A stretch of 32,000 nt of DNA from Desulfosarcina sp. BuS5 (GTDB taxonomy: Bacteria; Desulfobacterota; Desulfobacteria; Desulfobacterales; BuS5): assembly GCF_028752835.1 (NCBI RefSeq), contig NZ_CP087952.1, forward strand, positions 445,041 to 477,040, in the 5' to 3' direction. The position numbers and the translations under genes are program-made. Shown here one piece after another: positions 10,601 to 18,259 of the stretch. The notes below the pieces were generated by a model. The model did not search any database and had not been told where the DNA came from. It saw only the letters and a program-made list of their open reading frames with translations. Within the stretch, counting starts at the first letter, position 1. Every line of letters starts with the position of its first letter.

Positions 10601-10749
10601 TTCCTGGCGTAAATAACCACGGACATTATGGGCGCTGGGCATTTGCTGAATTTACCGAAGTTTACCGGATCGAATCTGACTTTAAAGCAAAAGTTGAAGC
10701 GGAATTTAATAAAATGATTGAACAGGTATTAATAACGGGAAAGGTTTAA
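7690..10749 (+). CDS. DExH-box restriction endonuclease, type III Res subunit-like
   Basis: Walker A [18 protein letters not shown], DExH-type [21 protein letters not shown], '[39 protein letters not shown]' helicase motifs; C-terminal YLPDFIV...LIVEIKGYR resembles a PD-(D/E)XK-like nuclease. Confidence 0.88.
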   Translation: [1019 protein letters not shown]

Positions 10750-10754
10750 TTAGG

Positions 10755-12227
10755 ATGCCGGCCATTCGTCTGAAAATATTCATTAGCAGCGTTCAAAAGG
10801 AATTCCAGGATATTCGCCGGGATCTCAAGGTCTTTCTTCTTGGCGACGCTGTTTTGCGTCGTTTTATATCCGATGTTTTTCTCTTTGAAGAACTGCCGGC
10901 CAAGGATCGCTCTGCGGATCAGGTCTACCTTGAAGCGGTTGAACAATGTGATATTTATGTGGGTATCTTCGGCTACGAATACGGATACGAAGACAATGAC
11001 GGCGTTTCCCCCACTGAACACGAGTACTACCATGCTACTGAACACCAAAAAACCCGTTTGATTTACGTTTGGGGCAGGGACGAAAAAAAACGTGCACCCA
11101 AAATGAAGCAACTGATTCGAAAGGCCGGTGATGGGCTGATTCGCCGCCGCGTCGAAGACGTCAGTGCCCTGACCGCAGAAATTTATGCCAGTCTTATTGA
11201 TTATCTTGACGGAATGGGGGCGCTGCGCATTCCGCCGTTCGACACCTCGGCTTGTGACGGAGCGACCCTCAAGCAGATTTCCCGCAAACGCATCGACTGG
11301 TTTATAGAGACCGCCCGCCGGGAACGCGGATTTCCCCTTAAACCCAGGACAAGCACAAAAGCGCTTCTCACCCATCTAAATCTGTTGGAAAATGGGAAAC
11401 CAACCAACGCCGCGACACTGCTTTTCGGAGTCAATCCCCAGCGATTCCACCGCCCTGCCGAAACCAAGTGCATTCATTGCCACGGCACTATGTATCGACG
11501 GCCGTTTGCATCCCAGCAGATATACACAGGGGATCTTTTTGAACAAGTAGATCAAGCCCGCGATTTCGTTCTTGCAAAGATCAACAGGGCCGTCGGCACC
11601 CGCGCGGACAGCATCACCGCACCGGCCACTTATGAACTTCCACCCGATGCCGTGGGTGAGGCCATTGTTAATGCCATTGCCCATCGTGATTACCATAGTA
11701 ATGCCTCCGTGGAGATACGTCTCTTTGTCGACCGGCTGGAAGTTTGGAACCCCGGTGTTTTGCCCGGTACTTTAACGCTGGAGAGTCTGCGGGTTGACCA
11801 CCCTTCTTTGCCCGGCAATCCGCTGATTGCGGAATCTCTTTATTTAGCGCGATATATTGAAAAGGCCGGTTCCGGCATCCAAATGATGATTGAGCAGTGC
11901 AGTGCAGCAGGTCTTCCTGAACCGGATTTTGAGCAGCGCCAGGGATCTTTCGTTAACACACTGTGGCGGGACTGGCTGACGGAAGAGGTGCTGTCTGTAT
12001 ATAATTTGAACGACAGGCAGAGAAAGGCCGTGGTCTACTTAAAGACACATGGAAAAATCTCCAACGCAGAATATCAACAGGTGGCAAATTCCATTAAGAA
12101 GACTGCTACGAGAGATCTAAACGGTTTGAAGAAAAAAGGGATCATTGAGCAAGTAGGCAGTCGTGGACCAGGCGTCCACTATGTCATTTCGAAGAAAAGG
12201 GACAAAATGGGGACAAATGGGACATGA
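10755..12227 (+). CDS. DUF4062 domain + HATPase_c_4/RecG-C-like ATP-binding transcriptional-regulator-like protein with C-terminal wHTH
   Basis: N-terminus LKIFISSVQKEFQDIRRDL...VEQCDIYVGIFGYEYGY...SPTEHEYYHA (DUF4062 signature). Middle/C-terminal 'LPPDAVGEAIVNAIAHRDYHSNASVEIRLFVDRLEVWNPG' and 'GNPLIAESLYLARYIEKAGSGIQMM' (ATP-binding/HATPase_c_4), followed by a wHTH-like region. Confidence 0.8.
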   Translation: MPAIRLKIFISSVQKEFQDIRRDLKVFLLGDAVLRRFISDVFLFEELPAKDRSADQVYLEAVEQCDIYVGIFGYEYGYEDNDGVSPTEHEYYHATEHQKTRLIYVWGRDEKKRAPKMKQLIRKAGDGLIRRRVEDVSALTAEIYASLIDYLDGMGALRIPPFDTSACDGATLKQISRKRIDWFIETARRERGFPLKPRTSTKALLTHLNLLENGKPTNAATLLFGVNPQRFHRPAETKCIHCHGTMYRRPFASQQIYTGDLFEQVDQARDFVLAKINRAVGTRADSITAPATYELPPDAVGEAIVNAIAHRDYHSNASVEIRLFVDRLEVWNPGVLPGTLTLESLRVDHPSLPGNPLIAESLYLARYIEKAGSGIQMMIEQCSAAGLPEPDFEQRQGSFVNTLWRDWLTEEVLSVYNLNDRQRKAVVYLKTHGKISNAEYQQVANSIKKTATRDLNGLKKKGIIEQVGSRGPGVHYVISKKRDKMGTNGT

Positions 12228-12273
12228 ATTTCATCATACTGGAAAAGGGACAAAATGGGGACAATGGGGACAT
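12194..12273 (+). repeat. Pair of 32-bp direct repeats overlapping the end of the DUF4062-ATPase gene
   Basis: GAAAAGGGACAAAATGGGGACAAATGGGACAT (12194-12225) and GAAAAGGGACAAAATGGGGACAATGGGGACAT (12242-12273), 48 bp apart start to start. Confidence 0.85.
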
Positions 12274-12437
12274 CTCATGTCATTCAAAGAAAGGCCTCAC
12301 AAACGCATCAAACGCCTCATTGGGTCATGGATGAATGCTCTATGCTAAAAATTGCCTTCATTATGCAAAAGGCCAGTACTTTAAACTGGACATAAGCCAG
12401 ACGAACAGAATACGAACCATCAACACTGGATTGAATT

Positions 12438-15203
12438 ATGCCGCGCAAAAAGAAAAAAATCAGCAAAACCGTTGAAACCATTACACACGCTGAAGCAATC
12501 CGCAAGAACATCCCTACGGCTGAATATCAGTCTGTAATGCGAAAAGACGAAGAAACGCCTATTCAAATCGCATACGAACGCCGCAACCGCGATCTGGACC
12601 CCCAGCTTGTCTGGCGCGGCAAGGATGAACAGGACTGGTCTGACCTGGTAGTGCATGCCCCGCCTTTGTACATCCAGGAAAAGGTTCATCCAAAGGTCTT
12701 GATTGACGATTTGATCAAACAGACCGAGGCGCAGGAAAAGTCGGGTATAGCTCAACAGATGGATCTTTTTTCCGATTTTAACGGTCTGCCCAGCGAAGGC
12801 GCAAAAACCGAATTCTACCAGCACGATGCAAACTGGTCCAATCGAATGATACTTGGCGACAGTTTGCAGGTCATGGCGTCTCTGGCCGAACGCGAGGGGC
12901 TTCGTGGAAAAGTGCAATGCATTTATCTTGATCCGCCTTATGGGATTAAATTCAATTCCAATTTCCAGTGGTCAACGACGAGTAGGGATGTGAAGGATGG
13001 CAAGGTTGACCATATTACCCGGGAACCGGAACAGGTGAAGGCATTTCGGGATACATGGCGGGATGGGATTCATTCGTATTTGACTTATTTGCGGGATCGG
13101 TTGACTGTGGCTCGGGATTTGTTGACGGAGTCGGGGTCGATCTTTGTTCAAATTGGAGATGAGAATGTGCATCGGGTACGGGCTTTGATGGATGAGGTGT
13201 TTGGGGATGAGAATTTGGCATCTACTATCGCTTTTAAAAAGACTTCAGGCACAGGGTCTCGTTATCTTGAGAATATCTACGACTATGTGTTGTGGTACGC
13301 AAAAAAAATTGATCATCTTAAATATAGGCAGCTTTTTACGAAAAAAAGCGACCAATTGTTTGACACTCAATATTCAGGAAAAGACGAAATCCGAGAGCAT
13401 ACAGTGACCGGGGATCCTCGCTTCATGCCTGGTGATATGAGTTCGCAAGGTGCAAGTGAAGCTGGGACATATCCTTTCTTATATCTTGGGAAAACATACA
13501 AACTTCCACCAAACACTCATTGGAAGGCTTCGCAAGAAGGTTTGCCAAGATTGGCAAAAGCAAGTCGACTTGTAGGAATCGGCAAGCGTCTTCGATATCG
13601 ACGCTTCGCTGATGATTTTCCGGTAGTAACGTTCAATAATTCTTGGGATGATACTGTGATTTCAGGATATGCCGAATCAAAATTATATGTCGTTCAAACA
13701 TCTGGGAAGGTAATTCAGCGGTGCCTAATGATGGCGACAGACCCAGGTGACCTCGTTCTCGACCCTACATGCGGCTCGGGTACCACAGCTTACGTTGCCG
13801 AGCAATGGGGCCGTCGCTGGATCACCATTGACACTTCACGTGTTGCACTTGCGCTTGCCCGCGCCCGCATCATGGGCGCTCGTTATCCCTATTATCTTTT
13901 GTCTGACAGCCGTGATGGGCAACTCAAGGAAGCTGAAGTCTCCCGAACCGCTCCGTCAGAAGCACCGACCCAAGGCAATATCCGTCAAGGATTTGTTTAC
14001 GAACGTGTTCCACACATCATGCTTAAATCAATAGCTAACAATACAGAAATTGATGTAGTCTGGGAAAAATTCCTGAAAATTTTGGAGCCATTGAGAGAGA
14101 AAGTCAATAAGTCGCTCGGCAAAAATTGGGAAGAATGGGAAATCCCCCGTGAAGCAGACGACAAATGGTCAAACAAAGTCAAAAAATTCCATAACGAATG
14201 GTGGAGACACCGCATTGCCCGGCAAAAGGAAATTGATGCATCCATCGCGGCAAAAGCGGATTTTGAATATCTCTACGACAAACCCTATGAAGACAAAAAA
14301 AAGGTTCGAGTGGCAGGCCCTTTCACCGTTGAAAGCCTGTCTCCCCACCGTGTGCTGACCGTGGATGAAAACGATGAATTGATTGACACTGTTGCAGAAT
14401 CCCAAGAGGGCTATGGAGAGAAGCAGGATTTTGCGGGAATGATTCTGGAAAACCTTAAAACCGCAGGCGTGCAGCAGGCCCACAAGGAAGACAAAATCAA
14501 TTTATCATCCATTACTCCCTGGCCTGGGTACTATGTTTGCGCGGAAGGCAAATATATTGAAGGTTATACTGAAACCAAGGCTGAAAAACGCGCCGCCATT
14601 TTCATCGGCCCTGAGTTTGGCACAGTAACACGGCCGGACCTGGTTTCTGCCGCCCGTGAAGCCGGTGATGGGGATTTTGATGTGCTGATTGCCTGCGCAT
14701 TTAATTACGACGCGCACTCATCGGAATTTGACAAACTTGGCCGCATACCCGTGCTTAAGGCCAGGATGAATGCCGACCTGCACATGGCTGATGATTTAAA
14801 AAATACCGGCAAAGGAAACCTGTTTGTAATTTTCGGTGAACCTGACATTGACATTCTGAATGCTGAAGACGATCAGATTCAGGTAAAAATTAACGGCGTA
14901 GATGTATTTCATCCCAACACCGGCGAAGTCCGCAGTGACGGGGCCGAGGGCATTGCCTGCTGGTTCATTGATACCGACTACAACGAGGAAAGCTTCTTTG
15001 TCCGCCATGCCTATTTCCTCGGCGCAAACGATCCGTACAAGGCATTAAAAACCACCCTCAAAGCCGAAATCAACCAGGAAGCCTGGGAGACTCTTAACAG
15101 CGACACATCCCGCCCGTTTAACAAACCAAAATCCGGCCGTATTGCTGTGAAGGTGATCAATCATCTGGGTGATGAGGTGATGAAAGTGTTCAAGGTGAAC
15201 TGA
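12438..15203 (+). CDS. Site-specific DNA-methyltransferase, type III Mod-like (N6-adenine/N4-cytosine beta class)
   Basis: DPPY motif VQCIYLDPPYGIKFN followed later by DPTCGSGTTAYVAEQWGRRW; the intervening variable region is consistent with a target-recognition segment. Confidence 0.92.
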   Translation: MPRKKKKISKTVETITHAEAIRKNIPTAEYQSVMRKDEETPIQIAYERRNRDLDPQLVWRGKDEQDWSDLVVHAPPLYIQEKVHPKVLIDDLIKQTEAQEKSGIAQQMDLFSDFNGLPSEGAKTEFYQHDANWSNRMILGDSLQVMASLAEREGLRGKVQCIYLDPPYGIKFNSNFQWSTTSRDVKDGKVDHITREPEQVKAFRDTWRDGIHSYLTYLRDRLTVARDLLTESGSIFVQIGDENVHRVRALMDEVFGDENLASTIAFKKTSGTGSRYLENIYDYVLWYAKKIDHLKYRQLFTKKSDQLFDTQYSGKDEIREHTVTGDPRFMPGDMSSQGASEAGTYPFLYLGKTYKLPPNTHWKASQEGLPRLAKASRLVGIGKRLRYRRFADDFPVVTFNNSWDDTVISGYAESKLYVVQTSGKVIQRCLMMATDPGDLVLDPTCGSGTTAYVAEQWGRRWITIDTSRVALALARARIMGARYPYYLLSDSRDGQLKEAEVSRTAPSEAPTQGNIRQGFVYERVPHIMLKSIANNTEIDVVWEKFLKILEPLREKVNKSLGKNWEEWEIPREADDKWSNKVKKFHNEWWRHRIARQKEIDASIAAKADFEYLYDKPYEDKKKVRVAGPFTVESLSPHRVLTVDENDELIDTVAESQEGYGEKQDFAGMILENLKTAGVQQAHKEDKINLSSITPWPGYYVCAEGKYIEGYTETKAEKRAAIFIGPEFGTVTRPDLVSAAREAGDGDFDVLIACAFNYDAHSSEFDKLGRIPVLKARMNADLHMADDLKNTGKGNLFVIFGEPDIDILNAEDDQIQVKINGVDVFHPNTGEVRSDGAEGIACWFIDTDYNEESFFVRHAYFLGANDPYKALKTTLKAEINQEAWETLNSDTSRPFNKPKSGRIAVKVINHLGDEVMKVFKVN

Positions 15204-15661
15204 TGAACTTCCGAATAGCCGATACATTCACCGACAATCTTGCAAAATTAAGCAATGATGAACAAAAGGCCGTCAAAACTACTGCTTTTGATTTGCAATT
15301 GAATCAGGCCAATCCAGGCATGCAGTTTCACAATATTGAAAGGGCCAAGGATCTCAATTTCTGGTCTGTGCGGGTCAACCGTGATATTCGTTTAATCGTC
15401 CATAAAACCCGGGACAATTTAATGCTTTGTTACGCAGGACATCATGATGATGCCTATCAATGGGCGGAAAGACGAAAACTGGAAACACATCCTAAAACCG
15501 GCGCTGCCCAATTTGTTGAAATCAGAGAAACAGTCAAAGAAATCACCATTCCCAGATATGTTGATAAAAAATATCCCAAAGAACCTAAACCTCTTTTATT
15601 TGAAAATATATCTGATGATGATCTCCTGACCTACTTTGAATATGATGGCTTTAAACAATAA
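15203..15661 (+). pseudogene. RelE-like N-terminal module, probable truncated 5' remnant of a RelE-UvrD/DEAD helicase fusion gene
   Basis: MNFRIADTFTDNLAKLSNDEQKAVKTTAFDLQ...FWSVRVNRDIRLIVHKTRDNLMLCYAGHHDDAYQWAERRKLETHPKTGAAQFVEIRE. From memory, this segment usually forms the N-terminus of a much longer helicase in such loci; here the ORF ends at ISDDDLLTYFEYDGFKQ* immediately at a cluster boundary. Confidence 0.6.
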
Positions 15662-17087
15662 CAAGATTCTGCTCGTTTATCCACTCGGTTATAGAGCCGA
15701 GGCGGCAGCACACGATATCTCCAGAATAGCCGGCATAATGCCGCCGATCGGGCTGATCAGTATTGCAGCATTTCTTGAACGTCGCGGAATAAAAACTACA
15801 ATTGTCGATTGCTATGCCAGGCCAAACGCAGATACTCTTATCCGTGATTATCTCCTGTCCAATAAGCCGGCCTATATTGCTTTTAGTTGCACCACTTCCA
15901 ATTTCCTGGACGGCATTCGCATTGCAAGAGCTGTAAAAAGTATCCAGCCGGATATAAAAACTGTTTTCGGCGGAGCGCATGTTTCAGCCCTGAAAAAAAA
16001 AGTTTTATATCACTTTCCGGATGTCGACTTTGCCATAGTTGGCGAAGGCGAACAAACCCTGGCAGATCTGGTTGAAAGAGGGCATGATGGGGCAGGATCA
16101 ATAAAAGGGATTGTGCTGCGTGAAGATAAGGGAAAAATATCTTTTACCGGTTACAGGAAGGATATGCTTGATCTTGATACGCTTCCGTTTCCAGCTTATG
16201 AAAAACTTCAAGGATATCCCCAGGCATACAAAATGCCGATTTTCAACTACCCCGAAAATCCCGGCACAAGCTGCATTTCCAGCCGCGGCTGCCCGTATCA
16301 ATGCAGCTATTGCGACAGATCTGTGTTTCAGCGAAGTTTTCGGTATAATTCGGCCATATATTTATATGAACATTTGAAATATTTAAAAGAACGATTTAGG
16401 ATTCGGCACCTGGCTTTTTACGATGATCAGTTTACTTTTAATCGTAAAAGAGTGGCGGAGTTTACCCAAATGTTGATTGACCGTCCCCTGGGAATAACTT
16501 TCAACTGCGTTGTCAGGGCCGAACATATTGATTTTGAGCTTCTTTTGCAAATGAAAGCCGCGGGCTGCTGGATGATCAGCCTTGGTATCGAAACAGGCGA
16601 TCCGGATCTGCTTGCCCGGCACAGACAGAATCCGGATCTCGATCTTCTGGCCCAAAAAATATATTTAATCAAAAAGGCCGGGATACGTGTTAAAGGGCTT
16701 TTAATGATCGGCTTGCCCGGCGAAACAGAAGCAAGCATTAAAAAAAGCATGGATTATGTATTTTCACTTCCCATTGACGACATTAATCTGGCCAAATTTA
16801 CTCCCTTTCCCGGCTCCCCGATTTACGAAAATATAAACGAACTGGGAAAATTTGATGAAGACTGGGAACAAATGGATTGCATGAATTTTCAATTCATCCC
16901 CAAAGGGATTACAAAGCAAAAGCTGGAAGAACATTTTATAAAATTTTACAAAACATATTATACGCGTCCTGCAACACTTTTTAATTATTTCTCCATGCTC
17001 TGGCGTTCTCCGGATAGTTGGAAGCGCTTTATCCTTAATCTTGGTGATTTTTTAAAATTTGCAAAAAGCAATAAACGTTTTAGATGA
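15642..17087 (+). CDS. Radical SAM protein with N-terminal B12-binding-like domain
   Basis: CxxxCxxC motif in GTSCISSRGCPYQCSYCDRSVF; N-terminal B12-binding-like fold sequence ILLVYPLGYRAEAAAHDISRIAGIMPPIGLISIAAFLERRGIKTTIVD. ORF-track start is TTG 15636; ATGs at 15642/15645. Confidence 0.9.
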   Translation: MMALNNNKILLVYPLGYRAEAAAHDISRIAGIMPPIGLISIAAFLERRGIKTTIVDCYARPNADTLIRDYLLSNKPAYIAFSCTTSNFLDGIRIARAVKSIQPDIKTVFGGAHVSALKKKVLYHFPDVDFAIVGEGEQTLADLVERGHDGAGSIKGIVLREDKGKISFTGYRKDMLDLDTLPFPAYEKLQGYPQAYKMPIFNYPENPGTSCISSRGCPYQCSYCDRSVFQRSFRYNSAIYLYEHLKYLKERFRIRHLAFYDDQFTFNRKRVAEFTQMLIDRPLGITFNCVVRAEHIDFELLLQMKAAGCWMISLGIETGDPDLLARHRQNPDLDLLAQKIYLIKKAGIRVKGLLMIGLPGETEASIKKSMDYVFSLPIDDINLAKFTPFPGSPIYENINELGKFDEDWEQMDCMNFQFIPKGITKQKLEEHFIKFYKTYYTRPATLFNYFSMLWRSPDSWKRFILNLGDFLKFAKSNKRFR

Positions 17088-17175
17088 ATCGGTGATATTC
17101 AAACACAAACCTGCTATAAACTGCAGGATGAGGTAAATTTGCTCAAAAGCGAGCACGGAAAGGTGAAGCAAACCC

Positions 17176-17940
17176 CTACTTTAATCCTTCGGCTATTTCT
17201 TCCTGGATTGTTTGAATGGTATAAACCGGATCGGAAGATGTGCTTATGGGCCGGCCAATAACAACATGATCGGCACCGTTAATAATAGCCTGTTTTGCTG
17301 TTGCTGTTCGTTTTTGATCGTTTTTTTCAACATCACGGTTCAGCCCCGGTCTGATGCCGGGAGTTACAATGAGGAATTTTGACCCGAATTCATTTCGGAG
17401 GGCAACGGCCTCCAGGGGAGATGAAACAATGCCGTCACAACCTGATTGTAATGCTTTTCTAGAACGAATTAATACTAAATCTTCAACACTTTTTGTAAAC
17501 CCCATTTCACGCATATCAGATTCATCAAAACTTGTAAGAACCGTAACAGCCAAAATTTTAAGGTCGTTTTTTTCTTTTACCGCAGCTTCAATTATCGGCT
17601 TATTGCCATGGATAGTTGCAAAAGCGGCCCCCCGGTCTTTCAGTTGCCGCACAGCAAGCTTTACGGTTTCCGGAATATCAAAAAATTTTAAATCGACCAT
17701 AACTTTATTGCCGCGATCAGCGATCTGATCAATAACCGGCCACCAGCCTGCCAGAAAAAGCTGCAGGCCGACTTTAAAAAATTTAATTTTGCGATCCAGT
17801 TTTGCAACCCATTGTAAAGCTTCTTTGGGGTCTGAAAAGTCCAGGGCAAAAATTATACGTTCATTTAAGGGGATATTTTTCACGGTATTTGTAATATTTT
17901 GTTTATAAAAAGTGAGCGGGTTTAAAAAATCGAATACCAA
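17176..17940 (-). CDS. pyrF: Orotidine 5'-phosphate decarboxylase
   Basis: [63 protein letters not shown] motifs of class I OMP decarboxylase. Confidence 0.92.
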   Translation of the reverse strand: [254 protein letters not shown]

Positions 17941-18010
17941 AGTCTATATTTTTTACTAAGTCCAATGAGACAAGTCAATATTTCTTGCGTTTTCGAACAG
18001 ATTGTTTTGC

Positions 18011-18259
18011 TTAATCCGTTTTTAATGAATCAATGAACTGATAAATATCTCCTAATGTACGAATCTGTCTGACCCTTTCATCATCGCGAATATTGACTCC
18101 GAATTTTTGCTGCAATGCAACCACAAGATCTACAATATCGAGACTATCGAGTCCCAAATCCTCAAAAATATTCATTTCCGGCTTTAATCGATCCGGTTCT
18201 ATTTCAAACGATTCTTCAAAAACCTGGTTGGTTAAATTGATTATATTGTTATTGGTCAT
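18011..18259 (-). CDS. Acyl carrier protein (ACP3)
   Basis: FEDLGLDSLDIVDLVVALQQKFGVNI phosphopantetheine attachment site; overlaps the downstream end of KS2. Confidence 0.92.
   Translation of the reverse strand: MTNNNIINLTNQVFEESFEIEPDRLKPEMNIFEDLGLDSLDIVDLVVALQQKFGVNIRDDERVRQIRTLGDIYQFIDSLKTD

Noticed and set aside
9523-11375. Long antisense ORFs (9523..9969, 10021..10626, 10746..11375) under the Res-like and DUF4062 genes
   Set aside because: The sense frames carry clear helicase, DUF4062 and HATPase motifs; the antisense products have low-complexity, unrecognisable sequence.
12420-12917. Antisense ORF 12420..12917 opposite the methyltransferase N-terminus
   Set aside because: Overlaps the conserved Mod N-terminus; no independent support.
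7602-15655. GCTTTAAA direct repeat as a proven target-site duplication of the RM island
   Set aside because: Only 8 bp, AT-rich and found after inspecting borders by eye; chance occurrence is plausible. Kept only as a hint within the left-border finding.
17088-17175. Hairpin-like CCTGC...GCAGG and GCTC...GAGC between the convergent radical SAM gene and pyrF as a bidirectional terminator
   Set aside because: Stems are only 4-5 bp with no adjacent U-tract; insufficient to call a terminator.
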